Of a stretch of DNA of 64,000 nucleotides, positions 62,164 to 64,000 are shown in pieces (the first letter of the stretch is position 1; every line of letters starts with the position of its first letter). A model generated the notes under the pieces. It was not told where the DNA came from, did not search any database, and saw only the letters and a list, made by a program, of their open reading frames with translations. The DNA is from Eledone cirrhosa. Taxonomy: Eukaryota. A program made the position numbers and the translations under genes. The stretch is from the NCBI GenBank assembly GCA_964016885.1, contig OZ024743.1, forward strand, positions 75,392,001 through 75,456,000, in the 5' to 3' direction.

Positions 62164-64000
62164 ATAATACAGGAGGATCAGTTAAGACAATACAGGAGGA
62201 TCAGTTAAGACAATACAGGAGGATCAGTTAAGACAATACTGGAGGATCAGTTAAGACAATACAGGAGGATCAGTTAAGACAATACCGGAGGATCAGTTAA
62301 AAGACAATACAGGAGGATCAGTTAAAATACAATACAGGAGGATCAGTTAAAATACAATACAGGAGGACCAGTTAAAACAATACCGGAGGATCAGTTAAAA
62401 TACAATACAGGAGGATCAGTTAAGACAATACAGGAGGATCAGTTAAAATACAGGGAGATCAATTAAAAGACAATACAGGAGGATCAGTTAAAATATATAC
62501 CAGAGGATCAGTTAAAATACAATACAGGAGGATCAGTTAAAATACAAAACAGGAGGATCAGTTAAAAGACAATACAGAGGGATCAGTTAAAAGACAATAC
62601 GGGAGGATCAGTTAAAATATAATACAGGAGGATCAGTTAAAACAATACAGGAGGATCAGTTAAAATACAATACAGGAGGATCAGTTAAAAAACAATACAG
62701 GAGGATCAGTTAAAAGACAATACAGGAGGATCAGTTAAAAAACAATACAGGAGGATCAGTTAAAATACAATACAGGAGGATCAGTTAAAAGACAATACAG
62801 GAGGATCAGTTAAAAAACAATACAGGAGGATCAGTTAAAATACAATACAGGAGGATATCAGTTAAAATACAATACAGGAGGATCAGTTAAAAGACAATAC
62901 AGGAGGATCAGTTAAAAAACAATACAGGAGGATCAGTTAAAATACAATACAGGAGGATCAGTTAAAAAACAATACAGGAGGATCAGTTAAAATACAATAC
63001 AGGAGGATCAGTTAAAAAACAATACAGGAGGATCAGTTAAAAAACAATACAGGAGGATCAGTTAAAAAACAATACAGGAGGATCAGTTAAAATACAATAC
63101 AGGAGGATCAGTTAAAAAACAATACAGGAGGATCAGTTAAAAAACAATACAGGAGGATCAGTTAAAAAACAATACAGGAGGATCAGTTAAAATACAATAC
63201 AGGAGGATCAGTTAAAAAACAATACAGGAGGATCAGTTAAAAAACAATACAGGAGGATCAGTTAAAAAACAATACAGGAGGATCAGTTAAAATACAATAC
63301 AGGAGGATCAGTTAAAAAACAATACAGGAGGATCAGTTAAAAAACAATACAGGAGGATCAGTTAAAAAACAATACAGGAGGATCAGTTAAAATACAATAC
63401 AGGAGGATCAGTTAAAAAACAATACAGGAGGATCAGTTAAAAAACAATACAGGAGGATCAGTTAAAAAACAATACAGGAGGATCAGTTAAAATACAATAC
63501 AGGAGGATCAGTTAAAAAACAATACAGGAGGCTCAGTTAAAATACAATACAGCAGGATCAGTTAAAAAACAATACAGGAGGATCAGTTATAATACAATAC
63601 AGGAGGATCAGTTAAAAAACAATACAGGAGGATCAGTTAAAAAACAATACAGGAGGATCAGTTAAAAAACAATACAGGAGGATCAGTTAAAATACAATAC
63701 AGGAGGATCAGTTAAAATACAATACAGGAGGATCAGTTAAAATACAATACAGGAGGATCAGTTAAAATACAATACAGGAGGATCAGTTAAAAGACAGTAC
63801 AGGAGGATCAGTTAAAAAACAATACAGGAGGATCAGTTAAAATACAATACAGGAGGATCAGTTAAAAAACAATACAGGAGGATCAGTTAAAATACAATAC
63901 AGGAGGATCAGTTAAAAAACAATACAGGAGGATCAGTTAAAAAACAATACAGGAGGATCAGTTAAAAGACAATACAGGAGGATCAGTTAAAAAACAATAC
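62164..64000. repeat. 25-bp satellite (23 bp at the left edge), >70 copies, runs off the window
   Basis: caatacaggaggatcagttaaaa(a/t)a. Confidence 0.98.

Noticed and set aside
37482-64000. CRISPR-like arrays (47-, 22-, 33-, 25-bp repeats)
   Set aside because: Units are head-to-tail without unique spacers, there are no cas genes, and the context is eukaryotic

Overview
AT-rich, repeat-dominated eukaryotic (metazoan) DNA, not prokaryotic. The SINE/LINE repertoire (RTE LINEs with (ATG)n tails, tRNA-derived SINEs sharing the RTE 3' end, Deu/Nin-type SINE cores, abundant (TA)n/(CA)n) suggests a mollusc, most likely a cephalopod (Octopus-like); this is an inference. No intact gene is recognisable. 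Almost all long ORFs are retroelement remnants or artefacts of tandem repeats. Contents: two large RTE LINE copies in opposite orientation (14.8-17.9 kb +, 49.8-53.2 kb -) with a PHD-like zinc finger inside the RT ORF; fragments of BovB-like RTE, CR1-like, CRE-type (restriction-like endonuclease), Gypsy and mariner elements; two TTAA-specific (piggyBac-type) MITE families, one nested in the other; non-autonomous Helitrons; and several satellites (47, 22, 25, 33, 41, 73, 74-75 bp units). A few candidate spliced exons are also present. The most notable signal is a set of six type-I hammerhead-ribozyme motifs at four loci, including a ~374-nt direct-repeat, retrozyme-like unit. They occur alongside long perfect DNA hairpins next to (TA)n tracts, consistent with Penelope-like element or retrozyme activity. 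A foldback element whose central hexamer array appears to have expanded to 3.7 kb of protein-like low-complexity sequence is also notable. All calls were made by eye; no searches or folding programs were run.
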